Positions 30,764-45,640 of a stretch of DNA of 64,000 bases are shown here, piece after piece. This DNA comes from Chrysomallon squamiferum (Eukaryota; Animalia; Mollusca): positions 21,948,001 to 22,012,000 of the forward strand of contig CM022679.1 of NCBI GenBank assembly GCA_012295275.1. Direction: 5' to 3'. A program made the translations under genes and the position numbers. The number at the start of each line of letters is the position of its first letter. Position 1 is the stretch's first letter. The notes beneath the pieces were generated by a model. The model was not told the DNA's origin. It saw only the letters and a list, made by a program, of their open reading frames with translations, and did not search any database.

Positions 30764-31634
30764 ATGTGGTTGAAGATCATACACATTAGCAGCTAGGTAT
30801 CATCTATTTGTCCAAACCACGACCTGTGGTAAACGAGACATGGACTACTTGTTGGAACGGGAAATAAACCAATGGATACTGTTAGGAGGATTGATCGTGG
30901 AGACTATCGCATCTCAGTCGACTATAATATATCATTTAGATAACATTTGACAGACTCAGCAGAGGCATCTAAAAATACGAAGGAAATATGACTTACTTAT
31001 TTATATCCATAACAGGTTTAAATTAGTAAAGGATAGTTTAGAAAAATCCGTCAACGCCTTTTTTAATCCGATAATCTTACTAACAGAATTGTAACCCATC
31101 CATTAATCTCTCTCCGCACGACAAACATCAAAGAGAAATAATGCATTGTAAACCACCCAGAAGTTATTATAAACATTTATTTTAAAATAAACTGACAAAG
31201 ATTTCGAGTTAATTCATTAATTAATTCGGTTAACAAAATGCAACACTTCATAACGACACGGGGATCAGAGCTGTCAACAACAGAAACCGAACCAAAACGG
31301 CGATTCGGGAAGGTGGTTGTGCGGACGTGTTTAGAACGCTTTCAAAGCCGCAACAAAGACCATTGTTGTTAGCCATCTAAGATTTTTAATACAAACTCGA
31401 AACTCAACGAACACAGATCTGCGTTACGCAGAATCTGTTTGAAGTCAAATTCGTCATTTGTTAAACCTTTCAACAATGCTAATTACCGATTTAAATGGAT
31501 TGGTACCTTTAGCTAAAGCGGTTAAAAATCCATCTGTCAAACCACGATATAATTCTTCTCAATTCACGCTGTGCGTGATTATTAGCTGTGAATAAAAATT
31601 AATAACATCACATAAAAGGACTGGTACTTCAAAG

Positions 31635-31667
<33 letters not shown>

Positions 31668-31849
31668 TAATAATAATAATAATAATAAATTTAAAAAAAT
31701 CTATGAAAAAAAAAAAAAATAAATAAAATAAAATTATAGTAACAACAACAACAAGAACAACAATAATAATAATAATAATTTTTTAAAAATCTATAAAAAA
31801 AAACTAAACTAAAAAAATAAAAAATTATAGTAACAACACCACCACCACC

Positions 31850-31881
<32 letters not shown>

Positions 31882-32394
31882 CAACAATAATAATAATTAA
31901 AATATAAAATAAATAAATAAATAAATGTATAAATAAATTAAATTAAAATTAAAAAAACAAAACAAAAATAAAACCAAAAAAAGCCAACAACCGATAAACA
32001 ATACATTTCAAAGCATCGTTATCATCATGTCATCATGCAGCCATAGTTTTCAGTTGGCGGACAAAAGCCTCATCCATTTGTTTATCTTTCAATTACTTAT
32101 TTTAATATCTACTTATATATCTATCCATGCATCCACACCACCACAAGTACCACCAACAGCAACAACAATAACAAGAACACTCTACAGGAAAACACTCGAG
32201 GCTTTCATTTGATCTGAAATGTTATTTTAATGAATAACTGGGTACTGGTCAGCTAGTGGTCTTTTGGTAGATTTATTAAAATAAATCACCTTTCTTTAGT
32301 TGTTTAAAGCATCATATTCACTTTAAAATTTGTCATAGGTGACTTTTGGTGCCTACATTTTAAATTTATTATTATTATTACTATTATTATGGTG

Positions 32395-32453
<59 letters not shown>

Positions 32454-34091
32454 CATCATTATCATCATTATTATTTATATATTTATTTTTTATTTATTTA
32501 TTGATTTATATATTTTTATTTTATTTATTATTAAGGTATGAGTATACAAATTTTAAAACATCCTGTACGTAATGATTTCGATTTTTATTACTAATGTAGT
32601 GTTTACTAATAATATTGATAATCTAATGAAATAAGAATATTCTATTTCAAGATCTTTATCTAAAAGGCCAGGGTGAACAAAAAAACCCACACAAAAACAA
32701 CAAAAAATGAAGGAGGGAGAAAAAAGCAAAGATTAATGACAAGGGCGGGTCCGTGGGTTGGGTAAATAAGGGCCCCAATCATTGTTATGGATATAAGTTT
32801 AAAGATGAAAAGACTTTAATTAAAGTTTAAAAGAGAAAGAAAAACAAAATAAAATAAAAATTAAAATTAAAATGATTTTCTGTCCGCAAAAACTAGAAGT
32901 TCGCAGAGTATTTTGAATGATTACATTTTTTTCTTTCTTTTTTTTCTTTCTTCTCTTTTTGTTGTTTTTTGTTATTTATTTATTTCAGTATCTAAGTTTG
33001 GGTTAAAGAGCTTATAGCAAACACCCATTAAAGAGCTGTAATTTAATTAACCTTACTGGTCGAGATTTTTACACCAAAGATTCCGATGGACATCAAACAT
33101 CCCGAAGTGACAGAACTTTAGCGACCTCGTTTTGCTTTATCGAGACTTTTGTCGGAAGCAAGTCACGGAGAAAACCGAACTTACAAACGAAAACAAAGAA
33201 GCAGACCACGGAAACGTATTGCGAATTAATTTCTGTATTAGACACCTTCCTGTTTGATTCACCGATCAAATGTGTTTCAGAACTGTGGTGGAATATTATT
33301 GTAAGGATTCGGTTGGCTGACCTGTTATTTGTTTTGTTTTGTTGTAAAACAAAAAGCTTTTCACTGACTGTCACGGACGCAGACGTGTTTTATTACAACG
33401 ATGTAGCAGACGTTTCGGCAACTTCAAAGAGATGAGATCGGATAGCAAATGTATAGGAGTATAATTACGCCCCAGAGCTTCGGGACTACCTGTTAATTGG
33501 ATCGGCACACGCCTTTTATGAAACTTCAGAACTGACACCTGTCGGTAGTTCGGTTATTTCCGTGCATGAGCGAATGCGGTCCGCATCTGCATGTGTGGTT
33601 TAAAACCAAAATGGGATCTGCTACCGAAGTGAAAGGAAGAAAGAAAAAAAGTAATAATAATAAACAATTCAAAATCATTTTAAAATTTAACATCTGTCAA
33701 AGAATGAACTGACAGTGTATGATAAATTTTATTGAAATGAAATAAATTTTGAATTTTTATCTCTCACTTCTTCGTAAATTAAATTATCTGTTGTTTGAAA
33801 TGATGATATCTCCTTCGTGAACAGTATCCTTGCCACATGTAGGAAACCCTTGTGGAATATAACTCTTCTATTAATGGGAACAAAACTGATTTTTTTTTTT
33901 TTTTAAATTAAAATTTTAAATCCATTATTATTATTATTATTATTATTATTTCGTATCCGTTGCTTTTTAACATCAATAATAGGAGCTCAAAGAGTGTCTT
34001 ATCTGGTTTTCCTTTTTCAGATCATCCAGATGCAAAACATATTTGAAACAGAATAATACTATATCTTCCGAAAAACGCCTCTTTATTTATT

Positions 34092-34163
<72 letters not shown>

Positions 34164-34803
34164 TTAATAATTCAGTCCTGATCTATGAGGTGGAACTTTA
34201 AATTAATTAAGGAATTAATTTATTGTTTCAAAATTCAGATCTGCTGAAGGTGAATAGGTGAAGGAGAAAGAAAAAGAAAAAGAAAAAAAAAAAAAAAAGA
34301 AGAGGAAGAAGAAAATGGACTCTTTGCCAAATACATGCCCATGTGCACCCACATACATACATATATACATACCTACGTACATAAACATATGCACATATAT
34401 GCACATGTATATAATTTTATTGATTACAGATTTCCTAGCTTTCTTTATACATGTTCAATCAGTGGTATACTTTTCGTTTTAAAAATTAGCATTTATTTGT
34501 TACTTGTTTGTGTGATGGTAACAGTAATACATTCGATGCATTATCGGCTACGGTTGAATTTAAACAGGGCGAGGCCATTTGTTTTGGGAAAATGTGAGGC
34601 CATATCTACAGTAACAACAAAAAACAACAACAAAAACAGTAATGACAATAATAAGAAGAAAGACGACGACCGCACTTAGTCTCTTCAGACTATTTACCCC
34701 AGTGCCTCTTAAATTGATGAGTGCTTCATAAATAAAAAAAAAAATAAAAAAAAAAAAAAAAAATAAAACAAAATAAAATAAAAACGAAAACAATAGAAAT
34801 GGG

Positions 34804-34858
<55 letters not shown>

Positions 34859-35743
34859 ACGAAAATTGGCGAAAATTGTCTAAGACATTCTTGGTCAAAT
34901 GAAATTATGTGATATAAACTCGACTGAATATTCAAAAGACAAAACGGGGAAAAAGGATTAAAACTACATTTTTAATTTATTTGCAATTTTATATTTATTG
35001 TTTTAATTAAAATAAAGACAAATCAGATTCAGTTCATTGATACACTTTTATGAGAAATTATTGTTATTATTATTATTTAAAATAAAATATTCTGTTGTTT
35101 AAACTGGTTTCACCCTATGACCGGAACGTCTTTTAAAATGTGTTGTGACCTTAACATACCAAATGTCTGACCTATTTATCCCTGAAACACTGTCTGTCTG
35201 CGATGCGCGTCATTAGATGTCGGGATGGGGGGAGGCTCCTATAGGAAGTGACGGTATAACTTATGGAATCTTCCACTGTTTTGGGGAAAAAATAAGTCAC
35301 AAAATAGTCACGTGAGGTTCAAAACAATTTTGCAGTTTGTATCACTTCTAATATAATCAAACACGTCTGGGACAGTATTAATTAATTAATTTATATATTT
35401 ATCTATCTATCTTTTTGCTTCTTTGTTTGTTTACATATTTATTTATGTATTATTTATTTGTTGCGACGAAGTTATGTTTGTATTTTATTTTCGTATCTGA
35501 ATATATCTTCTGTTTCGTATGCACCAGCAGTGTCGCGTATGAATATGTCTGTTCAAGTTCCTTGAGGCGAGTAGAATGTAAATAAAAAAACTTTTAAAAT
35601 CGCTTAAGACTGACAAAGGTAATAAAGACAATGTCTCACTGCATACGTGAATTAATGTTATAAAACCATCGCCTAAAGCTGAAATTTGCAAACAAATTCA
35701 CTGGGGATGAATAATCATTAATTTCTCATAAATTTTAAGTTAC

Positions 35744-35821
<78 letters not shown>

Positions 35822-37614
35822 TTATTATTATTATCATTATTAATTCATTGATTCATTTATGTGAATTATTTCATTATAATTTCTGAAATTCATTCTTTTC
35901 CGGAAATCTTTACGGTCTCTAAATCGAGTGTTGGAAAGCTACGAACCCTTTGAACTATGACCTAATTACCATATTCATGCAGTATTACGATATTTCAATC
36001 CTTTATGGTTTAGTTATTTGATTTGCGACCACTGCGTAAATTAGACCATTAAATTTCGATCGCTTCAGCGGCAATTTCAAAGGTATTTAAAAAGATTGCG
36101 AAATCGTAATTTATTATATTTGTTAGTATGTGGTCTACTGTGATGCAACGCGGGCTTCAAAAGCTAGATTTATTAACGACAGAAAAGGGTAGAAAAGAAA
36201 ATGAAGCGAAATAAATTTTAAAATAATAATGAATGGTGGTTGCATTTCTGAAGAATAAAGAATTAATGACGAAAGAATTGCTGGAATAATAATAAGAATA
36301 AGAAGAAGAATAAGAAGAAAAAGAAGAAGAAGAAGAAAACCTTTTTCTTGTTATTCTTAATATCTTCTCTTCATTTACACACACACATGTACACATACAC
36401 AAACACACAGACATACGCACAAAAACAAAAAAACGCACAGATGACCCATATGCATTTAGTGTATCTGTAAAAAAAATTAAATGTATCTGTTGGACAAGAA
36501 GGAAACAAAAAATTGAATAAACTCTAATTTTCTGGGTAGCTCTGCACAATATTCACGTGTCCGCTATCGTGAGGACATCATTAGAACTAATGTTACTTCA
36601 TTCTCTGGTTTTCAAAATAAATATATTTTTTTTTTAAATGTCTAATAGAAACAGTGTATTAAAAAAAATAATAATAACAAAAATGATTTTTAAAGTCTAC
36701 AAAACGCTCAGTATAGTATTTTGTGAACTCTTTATTTATGCTTGAAAGTTTATTATTACTTTTCTTTATATACATATAATTTGAAGATGAAGAAAGAAAG
36801 AAAAAAAGACATCAAAACAAAAAGAAGAAAGAGAACAAAACAAAACAAGAAAGAGAAAGAAGAAACCCGAAACAAAACAAAAAAGAAGAAAAAGTGGATG
36901 AAAAAAGAAAAAACGAAATGTCTAGGGAAAACAGAAAAACTCCCAATACACACAGGTACATTAACGATATAGTCTTCGGTTTCTTTGATGTTCCTTTCAC
37001 CTGTATCTTCAAAGGCTCTCGCGCTTGTCTACAAAGATGCCGGTAGCCGAGGCGGCCATTATTATAGACAAACTATTTGTTCTGCTGTTAAGCACGACTG
37101 CTGCAAACATATTAAACAAATTTATTTCTGTTGTCAGTGGAAACGATTTTGATGGTTTTTAGTATTAATAAAAATAGCGACGATTCCTCAGTCATTAATC
37201 CAAACATGACTGTCGACTGGTATAATTTAACTATTATCTGTCATTTATTTTTTCCTTCTTTCTTTCTTTCTTTTTCTTTCTTTCTTTCTTTCTTTATTCA
37301 GTCATCTTCTCTGTACAAACTTTACATTTCTGGATTCTTATTTTTTTTTCTGTTAGCAGTATCCATATCTTCCTATAATTGTCTGTATGTTCGTCTGTCT
37401 TTGTGTCCCTCCAGTGTTCTAAGAAATATAGATTATGCCGGTACTAAGAAATAATCATTCAAATGCAAAATAAATTATATTGTCATAATCAAGTGATATA
37501 ATATGAGATGTCTGACAGGAAATGTGAGAGTAAAATTCTCAATACCACACTGTTTTAGTGTTTTTGTTTATATATGCATATGCATTTATCTGACAAGACA
37601 GATATATATATCTG

Positions 37615-37666
<52 letters not shown>

Positions 37667-38555
37667 GTGACAGTGATTTAATTAACATTGAAAAAGTATA
37701 TTTCCTTTTAAATTTTATTTTATTTTAGTCAGTTAATTCAGTGTCTTATTAAATGCCATGGAAGCGGATATTTAGTTTACTTGAGAGCTCACATGCACTT
37801 CAGAGTCAGCGGAAAAAAAAAAAAAAAAAAAATAAAATAAAATAAATAAAAAACGTTAAAAAAAAAGAAAGAAATGACGTAATACTTTAAGACAAGACGC
37901 GGAAAAACCAGGGGTGGGGGGGGAATAAGAAAATAAGAAAAAAAAAAAAAATCCCACGAAGGAAGAGACTTTAGAGAAAAAAACGACAGCAGAAATAACG
38001 GTTTAGCTCGATACAGTTTTAAATAAACTATTATTTACACGATTATTATGTTTTTGTTAATAGTTCTGATGAAGAAATGAAAGAGGAAATCGGATTCTGC
38101 TGGGTATCAAAATGTTTCCATTGATAAAATAAAACAAACAACAACAACACCAAATTAAATCGCGGTATTTAATAACAAGTGAGAAATTTTCAAAAACCTT
38201 GGTCCCCCCCCACTGTTTCAGCTCCGTCTACCCACCTTCCACCGTATTCCCAACATCTCAGTTGTTAAACCATTGGCTTTATGACGTGACAGGAAGTCTG
38301 GTCATGTCTAGATACTGGCACGTGTAACATGTATGGTCATTTCACACGAATTTTCCAACCACAAATTTAACAGTCATCATGGCTGATATCTCAACACATG
38401 CTTCAATGTTCAGTGTATGTAAGTACATTTAGTAATGGTTGGTTAATTTACATGCACTATCACTGAGCCTCCACTTTGACCTACATTAATTTTTGAATTA
38501 TATTCTCGTGGTAGCGAACACCTAACTATGTTATTAGCTTGAATCGGTAAAAAAT

Positions 38556-38597
<42 letters not shown>

Positions 38598-40514
38598 TGG
38601 GTCACAGAATCAAACGTTATAAGTTTTATGTGCTCTCCTGTCGGATTTGTCAAAGATCGCGGTCTCTATTTCTCTCTGTATCAGAAGGCGCTGATAGACA
38701 ACATCTTCTCAAGCTCATAGATAAGGTAACATACCGAACTATAACAGCGGCTATCCACTTTTATATATTTATATATATAATTATCAATGTGTGTATTTAT
38801 ACATTCGAAATATTTCAACCAGACATTATAGTTAAACTGTACAGAATAAAAGCGTCTTCAGTTGCATGACGAATACATTATGATAAATTTCTGACGAATC
38901 TCTAAATATTTTATTTATTTAAATATTAATTAGTCTGTTTCTGTTATATAATACCTTACGTGAAAAACCAGAATAGACAAAATTATCTGGGATAATGCTA
39001 ATGGGAATAAGATTCAAGTACTACAAGTACTACTACTTCTGCTACTATTAAAACAACAACTACTACAACTACTACTACTACTACTACTGCTGTTGCTGCT
39101 TTTGCTGATGGTAATGGTACTACGCCACAATAATAACAACAATAAATTAAATTAAGTTCAGTTAAATTAAATTTAAATAATTTAATTAAAAAAAAAAATA
39201 ATAATAATAAAATAATTTTAAAAAATAATAATAATAAAATAAAATAAAATAGGAAAAAAAAAAATAAGACAAATTAATTTTGTCTATTTTTTTTATGGGA
39301 ATTTTCAAACCCCTCGCGCTAGATCAAACACCAATATTTTGTTTCCCAAAAGCTTAGCTCCGGCTATAACCGCCATCACAGGAGAGGAAGTAAGATCGTC
39401 TGCGACGCGCACGGTCTGCGGGCGGTTCCCTTTGATCTCGCTATCCCATTGTACACACACTAATTACACCGCGTGCTCTTTATCGGCCAAAAGTACAAAC
39501 ATCTGCTCAGACGACACAAGATGGAAAGAAAGATTGAGAAAAAGGAAGAAAGAAAGAAAGAAGGACACCTGCCAGATTGATTGGTTTGCATAAATAAATA
39601 ATATTCGTATTTTACTTATGTTTGTTAGTTTTTAATTAATTTTCTTCTTCTTCTTCTTCTTTTTTTCTATTTGTTTTACTTTTTCTTGTTAGTAAACATT
39701 TTAGTTAATAAATGGTAAATGTTTCGTCTATTATTTAAGGGTGACGATCCAATCATTACAGTGCATGTTTGAATGATATTTATATCCTAAATTTAGAAGA
39801 AGAAGAAATGAAAGAAAGAATGAAAGAGAGAAAAAGAAAACAAATAATATTTATAAGCAAACAATCCAAAACAAAAACTAACAATAAGAAGGAAAGGCAA
39901 TTATGAAAGAAAGACGAAAGACCGAGAATATTTGAGAGAAACGCTTTTCTATTTTTACTTGGCCTTAAGCTGGCGAAGTTTGATTCACAGAAGTGACGCA
40001 TGTATTGGTTTAGTTAAACATCAAAGGGACACTTAAAACGCTGCGTGTAATTTATAGGGGAGATGTATAGTATTCAAAAACTTTACAAAATATTGATAAT
40101 ACCTTATAAGTAAGCAATTATTATTAATAAATTCATCTTATGTAATGTCCAGTGGTTATATCGTATATAAAATTTATTTTTTTCCGAGTTGAAGTTGACG
40201 GAATTAACATTATTTTACTATCGGTAACTTCTAAGACACTGAACTCTCCTAACCCGAAGTTGCCATCTGAAGCTACTAATGCTACAAATCAGGTAGGGGT
40301 AACAGATTATTTACAAACTGGTAATGCTATATGTAAGATAATTTTCATAAATTATACACATATTAAAACGTTAGTACTTTAATTTTTATATTTAATTATG
40401 TGCATGATGCCATAAAAGCGGCAGTCTAACATATACATTAATAAATCAACATATTACCCTTTCTCCCTATCAAAGTGAACTCTTCCACAATGTTTTTCTG
40501 AATGTTGATTTTAT

Positions 40515-40640
40515 CTTCGCGCTCATTGGTGCGGTACATCTAAGGGCTGTGACGTCACGTGTATGGGGGATTGTCGGCGCTAGGCATGTGTCTTTGATCT
40601 TATGGATTCAAACTTTTTGAATCTGTATCAACGTCAGTTT
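40515..40640 (+). promoter_or_regulatory. Probable Axin core/proximal promoter
   Basis: Reverse CCAAT (ATTGG 40525-40529), CRE TGACGTCA (40550-40557) overlapping E-box CACGTG (40556-40561), TCF site CTTTGATC (40592-40599) and Inr-like TCAGTT (40634-40639). Confidence 0.6.
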
Positions 40641-40699
40641 TGCTACACACGCGAATCTCTCACATCGAAACTTGGACTATCTGTTACGGCATCGCAAAG
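40636..40699 (+). other. Probable non-coding exon 1 of Axin
   Basis: Initiator-like TCAGTT at 40634-40639 and a strong donor AAG|GTAAGA at 40700. It lies in a CpG-rich island just before the CpG-poor gene body. The exact TSS is inferred. Confidence 0.55.
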
Positions 40700-41079
40700 G
40701 TAAGACTGGCGAAGAGAAAGCTGGGGACTGTACCGTACACGATTGCGAGGTGTATGTTTTTGTTCGTCTGTGTTACTGTGTGCGATTTCCTTTGATGGAT
40801 AATACCGCACGGCCTTTCACCTCGTGACCAACTTGTATTCCGTTTGGATTTTTACCTTGCTCTCACGAAAAGTTGGATTACTACCACACATACCATTCAT
40901 CGGAGTGCCTTGGTATACCTAGTTATTGGTACTTACATGTTGTGTATTTTGTGTTTGTGTCCATTGTATGTACTCGTATGCATGCATGTTTTTTTCTTCT
41001 AAATTCTGTAATTTGAGTAAAATATTAATAGTATTTTTGCTCTACTGGACTAAAAACTAGCTAGAATCAAGAATGTGTT

Positions 41080-41116
<37 letters not shown>

Positions 41117-42359
41117 GAAGCATCTTTTTAAATTATTACTTAAATTTACTTATTTAGAAATATTTAATATTATTGTGTATATAGAACTTTACTGAACATA
41201 AACAAAAACCTGTAATATAAATTTCTTTTTCACCTAGTACTTTCATCGTCTGATACGCGATTTCAGTTTTGATAGAAATGTAAATATACTTGTATGGTGT
41301 TTCGGTTTGTATCATAACTAAGGAGTTGTAAATTAGATATTCCATATGCAGTAATTTATATTAACAATTGACATAACTAATGTTTTCCCAACTATGTAGT
41401 ATACATTTATCGCTAACATGATCAAAAGCATCACGTTATTATTGTTTACATCAATGGTTAATTGGTTAGGTCCTATTGCATAATGGGGTATGGATTCAAG
41501 CCTCTTTTCGGAGTGCCCTCATTTGCATACGGTGTAATGGCGGCCTTGTCGAGGGGGTAAGAAAGGCCGCTTTGATCTTTTTCGACATGGTTTTCGTTCA
41601 TTGATTCAAGGTATGCATATTTTGAAAAATAATATTCGAATAGTGTGTTGAGTGCGGAAAATATTGACTGTATTTCCAAACATCGACCTAGGACAACGAA
41701 CCTACAGAACTCCATTGTCTTTTGGTCTTTCACGGCAACTTTGGCGAGAGCAAAACGTTGGTAAATGTGGGTAATGGAGGTTTTGTATTCTCAGAGTGGG
41801 GTCGCAGTTTTCGAAAACTCTTACTTTACTTGTAACGCTTCGCTTATATCTGTAAGAAAATATTAATCATTACTTAATAGACATTAACAAAATCTTGTTA
41901 TTTATTATTATTTTTAGCTCGGGTACGAATAAACGGCTATTTTTAATTTTATTATTTATTTAATTTCTTTCTTTTTTTCTCATGATAATGCAGAAAGACC
42001 GGTTGAGGTCATTATTGTATTTCCTTCAGAAAAGTACAGATTTAGCATATGTTTTAGCACATTTCAGGAATGATAGTTCATACAGTTGTTTATTTTGTGC
42101 CAATATGCTCAGTCAACCTTTGATCGTAAAGGCGGAACATTATATAATCGTAGTTCATTGATTATGTTCGTGCTTTGATCAAAGGTTAAAATTTATTTTA
42201 TTCCATCCACTCAGTTGTGGAATACTGCCACAAATTCCCTTTGATGTTAAGATGAGTAAATTACACCTTCAGAAATAACTAAAACGAAAATTAATGTTTT
42301 GATCTGATATAATTTCCACAAATATCACTGAATCATAATTATCATCAACATCATCATCA

Positions 42360-42415
<56 letters not shown>

Positions 42416-45400
42416 GCTTGTTTAGCAAGCTGTTATTTTATTTCCCAAATCTGTTTAACTTTTTAATCCAGAAAGTAGTTTGTTTTTAGAGATATTTATT
42501 TTTAATCTGAGTAATTTTGGTTTAAAAAGGTTTTAGCATATTTTCTGTACAACTGAAACTGGAGAAAAGGTAAATATTTTATTACTTTGTTTAGGTCAGT
42601 TATTACTTCTGGAATATGCCTGGAATCCACAAACAATGCACCATGATTTTGTGTTGAAGACCCGATTAATGTGCTAAATAGATCTCTTACAGTGGCTTTA
42701 GTTACTCTGAGTTACAGTGGATACTAAAATTCTATCCAGGTAACTGTAACGTTTGATATGAATGGCTTAATTACTTTACTGTGCCCTTTAAGTCAAAATT
42801 TTATTTCAGATAGAAGTAAATGGGTGGATTTTGTTGGACGTCTTGGAGAAAAGGGTAGCTTTGTAAATAACAAGATGTTATTAGTCTAGATGTTTCTGAT
42901 GCGCATGTTTGATTTTGACATCCATTTGATGTGTTTGTAGCTCTTTGAAAAGGAATATCAGATATTCCTTTAATCAAAGTGGGTTAAATAAGGTTGGTCA
43001 AAAATATACAGCAAGTGTGTGTGTGTGTGGGAGGGAAAACAGCCTAACTAAAACAAGCTGAAAGTTGAATTAGTGCAGCTTGAGTTTTCATCTGCTTATT
43101 TGTAAGCATTAACAAAATAAATCCACTTAACTGTAGTTTAGAGAAGAAAAAAAAAAAAGAGATAGAAAATTCAATTAATTTGGCGATGATAACATCTACC
43201 AGTTGGCTATCCTGTGACACATGGTCCACCTTTTTGCTACAGCTGGTTGTGACACACTGTGATGGAAGTGTTTTGAAAATAAGCCAGCACAAAACAAATG
43301 TATTCAAATTTGCCACATGTTTGATTAGTTCATTTATCGGTGGTGCATAGGGTTTCAGGTTGTTCAAACACATCAAAGGAATGTCAAATTGGAATGTATG
43401 TATGTGCTGGAAAAATTTCTTTGATGTTTAGTAGTAAAAATGTAAATAATATACACGTGAAGCCTTTGATATCCTTATCGTAGGATTCATATTTGCATAT
43501 ACTTTTTTTTTGTTCTCTGTTGTTTGTGTGGGTTTGATATATTTTTTTTAATGTTATTTTTATTTTATTTTTTTTTTTCTGCTGTGCGGTTGCCTGTTGT
43601 AGGTCTGCTGTACTTGTACAATCTAAAATAAATGTATATAGATTTTGTTTTGTTAAATACACATTCAGTCTGTAATTTTTATATTATTATTACTATTATT
43701 TATTTATTTATTTGTTTGTGTTTACCTGGCAGGAGATTAAAACATTAAAAATAAAACAAAATTGTAATAACTAAATTTTTAAAAACATTCTTTTAATAAG
43801 TTTATTATTAATTTTTAACAATTTTTTGGAGATGGGGTCTCATTCAAAAGGGATTCGATTTTATAACAAATACAAACCTGCATTTTACTTTAAAAGTAAA
43901 TTAGGATCATCAGGGGTTTATACAGGCATTCTCACCTAACAAATTACAGTATTTAATTTTTATAAATTCTCATGTACGAATACTAATGTGTAAATACAAA
44001 TTTATTTTCTCGTGCAGTTATAATGTTAATTTTTTTTTAAATTCTTTTTGTAATATATCTGATAGTAAAAAAAGCATCAACAATATGGTTTATTCTGAAT
44101 CATTAATCTGTAACATTCACATAGTGATTATATACAGTGTCTGTTAACTAGTGTACTTTTTATGTTGGTTAGATCATTGGCTTTTAAAAAAGGCAAATGC
44201 TGGGAACAAATGCTTTTACACTGGCTCATATCCAGTCATACCTGGAGAAATGTGAATCAGGTTTTTAATGTCCTCCTTGTTCATCATCTTGACCCATTCA
44301 AATATAATGGATAGTAGAATTTATATTTAACAGTATTTTGACTTGACGACTCTGGATCACAGAAATTTTTTAATGTTGTTTTAGACAGCTCATTGTTTAA
44401 ATGTGCTTGTGTCTAACAGTTTTTTTGGACAAAGACTGTTATTCTTAGAATGTAAGTCTTAATGCTGTTTTGGTGTATGCAGCAGAAAGTCACATGATTG
44501 TGTGTGTGAAAATCCATCACTCATTTAGGCAAACAAAACTAGAATGTATCTTTGTCATCATTTTTAAAAACTTTAAAAAATTATATTTAACTTTAAAACT
44601 GCTTAATACAGACAGGACTCTTTAATAGAATATGTCTATGAAAGTTGTGCTTAACTGCATTTTTTTTATCATTTACATAAAAAAGAAAAATGAAATTTGT
44701 ATTCATCAGTGGATATTTATTTACCTTAAAAAAAGAAAATGCTGATAATGATAAACATCACTGTCTTAGGATAAAGTGTATTAATTTCCTTCTTGAAATA
44801 AGCAAACGTTTTCTAAATGCCTAATTAACGCGTGTGATGTTTTGCAGCGCGTGCGCACGTATGTGTGTGAAATGCTTTAGTTGTGATTTAAAAGGTCTTT
44901 AATGCGAGTGCCATGTTGTTTTAAAATCAGTTGTTTCTGTAGAATGAGTAAAGTGGTGTGATGTTTCCAGCCCTGATTGTTCCGAGTTCACAAAGTATGA
45001 CCTGGATTACTCTACCCTTGCCATTAAAACTGCTAAAGCACCAAGGCTAGACCTGGGCCACAGATAAAAGTAGACAGTTTATCTTGTACCAGCAACCAGT
45101 CCATTGCTTATGACCAAACAATGTGTGATGGGGCACTCTTTGGGTGATAGCATTTCTTGGCCATGTATTATTTTATTAATCAATGCGTTCAGTTTTGCGG
45201 TCTTTACTTGTTTATGGAAAAGCATCCTTACCTAAATGAAAAGCTTTTGTTATTATTGTTATTATTGTTATTATTGCGTTGTTGTTGTTGTTGCTGTTGC
45301 CTTTCTTTTCATTCTTTTTTTTTCTTTTTTGAATTTAAGAAGAAAATTAGATGTAATCTTTCTTTTCATTTCTTTACTTTTATTATTATTTTTTTAAAAA

Positions 45401-45570
45401 TCCTTTAATGCCCAAAGCTAGTCAGTAATATGATCAGGTGTGTGTGCACACCTGTGAAACAGTTTTTACTCACAGCAAACTATTTAACAGCACAGTATCT
45501 TTTGTTATATATTGGTGGTTTTTGTTATTTTGAATATAAAGTTTAAATTAAAGGAAAGAAAATTATTATG

Positions 45571-45640
<70 letters not shown>

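Larger units (their letters stand above)
39420..43475. promoter_or_regulatory. TCF/LEF site cluster spanning the promoter and early intron 1
   Basis: CTTTGAT/ATCAAAG at 39430, 40020, 40469, 40592, 40790, 41570, 42118, 42173 (palindromic double site), 42239, 42973, 43372 and 43464. Confidence 0.65.
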
